Of a DNA stretch of 29,570 nt, positions 26,882 to 29,570 are shown piece by piece. Location of the stretch: assembly GCA_045586685.1 (NCBI GenBank), contig JAZNAU010000030.1, positions 1 to 29,570 of the forward strand, written 5' to 3'. The stretch comes from Clostridia bacterium. GTDB taxonomy: Bacteria > Bacillota > Clostridia > HGM11514. The translations under genes were made by a program, and so were the position numbers. The stretch's first letter is position 1. Each line of letters starts with the position of its first letter. The notes beneath the pieces were generated by a model, which saw only the letters and a program-made list of their open reading frames with translations, did no database searches and had not been told where the DNA came from.

Positions 26882-27233
26882 CAGAATATCTGCAAAACTC
26901 AAGAAAGAAAAATTTGTGGTTGGTGGCAACAAACATTTTTACCAAAAAAAATATCATCTAACATATAGCAAAAAAATCATCAAAAAAGTGGTAGATGCTT
27001 TTTTGAATGTAGTTGTGGATACTATATCAGACGGTGACAAAATTCAAATGTACAGTTACTTTACCATCTATCCGCAGCATTATAAAGAACGTACAGTAAA
27101 TATGTTTGATGGCACAAGTGGACACATATCTCCCGAACACTATAAATTAAAAATCAACGCAGGTAAAAAAGTCGAAGATGCATGTGATAAATTAATGAAC
27201 AAGATAAATGAAGGAGAAGTACAGAATGAGTGA
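26850..27233 (+). CDS. Second divergent HU/IHF family protein with an insertion after helix 1
   Basis: SKKELIDRIS...SKKIIKKVVDAFLNVVVDTISDGDKIQ...F...ERTVN...PEHYKLKINAGKKV. Confidence 0.75.
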   Translation: MNSISKKELIDRISAKLKKEKFVVGGNKHFYQKKYHLTYSKKIIKKVVDAFLNVVVDTISDGDKIQMYSYFTIYPQHYKERTVNMFDGTSGHISPEHYKLKINAGKKVEDACDKLMNKINEGEVQNE

Positions 27234-27471
27234 CACAAAATGGATTGATTCATTTACAAGAGCATTATCAGACATTACAGAGCCGGAGAAAAGAAGTTTA
27301 CTCTATGTGGTGCTTATCGGTGTAATTAACGAATACAAAAAAGGCACTTATGACGGCATGGATGGTGTAGAGATATTAAACTCTTTCGGTATCAAGTGTA
27401 AGCATATTTCCTTATCTGCTACGGAAGAAGAGAAGAAAAAGACCAAAGGTAAAACAAAGAAAAAACGGTGA
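27226..27471 (+). CDS. Hypothetical protein with basic C-terminus
   Basis: AAGGAG RBS before ATG 27226, overlapping the upstream stop. Confidence 0.65.
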   Translation: MSDTKWIDSFTRALSDITEPEKRSLLYVVLIGVINEYKKGTYDGMDGVEILNSFGIKCKHISLSATEEEKKKTKGKTKKKR

Positions 27472-27551
27472 GACTACAGCCTTAAAAATGTAGGGACTCC
27501 CATCTGCCCGGAGTAAAAAGAAAGTTTGCAGAACCATACTCAAGCATAGTT

Positions 27552-27582
27552 GACTTTACCGCTTCGGTGAGGTCTATTTTTA
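27552..27582 (+). terminator. Terminator-like hairpin upstream of the HNH/AP2-like gene
   Basis: GACTTTACCG/CGGTGAGGTC stem (two G-U pairs) then TATTTTTA. Confidence 0.65.
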
Positions 27583-27616
27583 TGTTTGAATTTATGGGTA
27601 TTATAAAGGAGGACGA

Positions 27617-28876
27617 ATGAATGACAATAACAACAAAAGAGAGGTACAACCTCTTTTAACACATAATGAAATAAAAAGATGTAATAGATGTGGAAGAGAT
27701 TTACCGATAGAAAGATTTGGCAAAGGTCAATGTTGGTGTAAAAACTGTTGTAGTACATATAATTCTGAATTAAAAGGAACTATATCTAAAGAAAACATTG
27801 CAACAATAGAACGTCTTTATAAAAAGCCTTTATCAATGAGAATACTTGACGTAAAGCGATCAGGCGTAAAACTGATTGCCGAAGATGAATATTTCGTTGA
27901 ATTGATTGATTACAAAAAAGCATGGATTTCTAATTATGGCAGAGTGTTAGAACACAATGGTAAAAAATATGTATTTAAACGTATAAAAACAGATTACTCC
28001 GGTGAAAAGATTTGCACATTACAAGAGAATGTTTACAACGGTAAAAAATGGGTATTTAAAAAGAAAACTATTGAGGTATGGAAATTAGTAGTTTATGCTT
28101 TTATTGTAAATTTTGATTACGTCGGCAATACACATTGTTGGCACAAAGGCAACGACAAGACTAATAACTATTATAAAAACATCTACCCTGTAAGCGAAAA
28201 GCAATATACCGCTATATTAGAAAGATACTCTAAAGGCGAAGTCGATACCGAGGATATGATTTTTGATATTATCAACAATATCCTTTACAAAGAAAACGAT
28301 TGGTATGCTGCTAAATGGAAGAGAACAACATATGGTATGGGATATTTGGGTTGCAATGATTCATCAGCATATAAAGGTGATGTATCTTATATCAAATGGG
28401 CTAATATGATGCAAAGATGCTTTAGTGATGAAGTGCATGAAAACAAGCCATATTATGCTGGTTGTACGGTTGATGTTGAATGGCTGAACTTTTCCAACTA
28501 TAGAGAGTGGCACAAGAAGAATTCTATGGGCGATAGAAAAGTTGATTTAGATAAGGACATATTAATACCCGGCAATATGATGTATGGTTCAGATACTTGT
28601 ACTCTTGTTCCGCATTTCACAAATACTATTTTTGAGTCAAGGAATGCAGACGCAGGCATCGTATTGAATGACGATACTGGCAAATATGATGTTACTATGT
28701 CTGTTTTAGGCTCTAAAAAGAAAGTTGGCACGTTTGACACCCACGAAGAAGCTCAAAATGGATATATGGAATATAGGCAAAATTATATAAAAGATGTAGC
28801 TGAAAAATGCAAAGGGAAAGTACCGCATAAAACATATTTAGCCATGCTTAATTGGAAAGTTGAAAAGAACAATTAA
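27617..28876 (+). CDS. Phage multi-domain HNH/AP2-like endonuclease or DNA-binding protein
   Basis: N-terminal CNRC...CKNC; ISNYGRV (NUMOD4-like); WANMMQRC...GCTV..EW.NFSN...LDKDIL..GN...C..VP...N; AP2-like KVGTFDTHEEA. Confidence 0.7.
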   Translation: MNDNNNKREVQPLLTHNEIKRCNRCGRDLPIERFGKGQCWCKNCCSTYNSELKGTISKENIATIERLYKKPLSMRILDVKRSGVKLIAEDEYFVELIDYKKAWISNYGRVLEHNGKKYVFKRIKTDYSGEKICTLQENVYNGKKWVFKKKTIEVWKLVVYAFIVNFDYVGNTHCWHKGNDKTNNYYKNIYPVSEKQYTAILERYSKGEVDTEDMIFDIINNILYKENDWYAAKWKRTTYGMGYLGCNDSSAYKGDVSYIKWANMMQRCFSDEVHENKPYYAGCTVDVEWLNFSNYREWHKKNSMGDRKVDLDKDILIPGNMMYGSDTCTLVPHFTNTIFESRNADAGIVLNDDTGKYDVTMSVLGSKKKVGTFDTHEEAQNGYMEYRQNYIKDVAEKCKGKVPHKTYLAMLNWKVEKNN

Positions 28877-28892
28877 ATCTTATAATGTCATC

Positions 28893-28934
28893 AAGGCTAT
28901 ATTGGATATTGATTTATCTGATATAGCCTTTTCT
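28893..28934 (+). terminator. Terminator-like hairpin
   Basis: AAGGCTATAT/ATATAGCCTT stem followed by TTTC. Confidence 0.6.
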
Positions 28935-28955
28935 GTTGTAAGGAAAGGAGACTAA

Positions 28956-29408
28956 ATGAGCATTCAACAACAGTTACAAAAAATCATAAGTAAAATTGAT
29001 GTTAAGCTGAACAAGGCAGCTAATGAGATTATGCAAAAAACCAAAGAGAAACTCAAAGAGTCTGTTAATGATTTATGGTATTCCACCTACTCACCTACTG
29101 ATTATATTCGCACATACGAAACAATTGATGCGGTTAGTGGAAAGGTAGTAAAAAATAGCAAGGGTAATTACACAATAGAGGTGTATTTTGACGAGAATCT
29201 AATGAGTTCAAAATCTAGTACTCATGGATGGGGGATGCACGCAGGTTTTGATGGTGGAGACTTTAGAAAAGGTCTTATTAGCAGTATTATTCATGGCATG
29301 GGTGGTTCTAAAACTAACCCTCGGTATGGTGAGTCCACCAATGTTATTGAGGTGGTGAAACAAGAAGCAGAAAGATATGCAAATAGCATATTGAGAAAGT
29401 ATTTATAA
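28956..29408 (+). CDS. Hypothetical phage protein, possibly neck/tail-completion-like
   Basis: AAGGAG RBS; helical N-terminus and YSTYSPTDYIRT motif recalled from large Firmicute siphophage morphogenesis regions (function is inference). Confidence 0.5.
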   Translation: MSIQQQLQKIISKIDVKLNKAANEIMQKTKEKLKESVNDLWYSTYSPTDYIRTYETIDAVSGKVVKNSKGNYTIEVYFDENLMSSKSSTHGWGMHAGFDGGDFRKGLISSIIHGMGGSKTNPRYGESTNVIEVVKQEAERYANSILRKYL

Positions 29409-29432
29409 AAATTTTAGGAGGAATTAATTACT

Positions 29433-29570
29433 ATGAACAAAAGAATTGATTATAGAGGAACGGATATTACAGAGATTTACAAGCTGGCGCTTATTGGTGC
29501 AGAGTTTGCAACAGAAAAGAATGAAAATGGCATTACGCTGGTTAATACACTTAACAAGGAGTTATATTCT
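29433..29570 (+). CDS. 5' part of a hypothetical protein (MNKRIDYRGTDITEIYKLAL...), truncated by the window edge
   Basis: AGGAGG RBS, ATG 29433, frame open to the end. Confidence 0.7.
   Translation, partial: MNKRIDYRGTDITEIYKLALIGAEFATEKNENGITLVNTLNKELYS

Larger units (their letters stand above)
25738..29570. mobile_element. Left end of a tRNA-Lys-integrated prophage or phage-like island (continues beyond the window)
   Basis: Starts at the tRNA break; clearly more AT-rich; co-oriented short ORFs including HU-like and HNH/AP2-like genes; integrase not in the window. Confidence 0.85.

Overview
Chromosomal window from an endospore-forming Clostridia-type Firmicute (about 45% GC by eye). Positions 1-13.8 kb are an all-minus-strand housekeeping block: MBOAT + SGNH-like pair, cysteine desulfurase, thiI, cinA, recA, recX, rimO, pgsA, YkgJ-like gene, acpP, rnc, radical SAM gene and gap. 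Positions 13.9-21.8 kb are almost all plus strand: an orphan phage-type replication initiator with internal 12-bp iteron-like repeats, a hemolysin III family gene, an abrB-like gene (minus), cwlD, radA, carD, ispD, ispF and pfkA. A secreted repeat-domain protein with stacked promoters and a four-helix-bundle gene flanked by repeats follow. At 25693-25737 lies the 3' half of tRNA-Lys(CTT), cut at the anticodon loop, which looks like an att junction. Beyond it an AT-rich phage-like element begins, with two tandem HU/IHF-like genes, an HNH/AP2-like gene and virion-like ORFs, running off the window. The best leads are (i) the lone initiator + iteron + AT-rich module sitting exactly at the gene-strand divergence, (ii) a structured repeat motif present in tandem in the acpP leader and again after the hemolysin III gene, (iii) the repeat-bracketed four-helix-bundle cassette, (iv) the element-encoded HU/IHF-like pair next to att, and (v) hairpin-rich intergenic inserts. 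All calls come from motif recognition by eye; no searches or folding programs were run.
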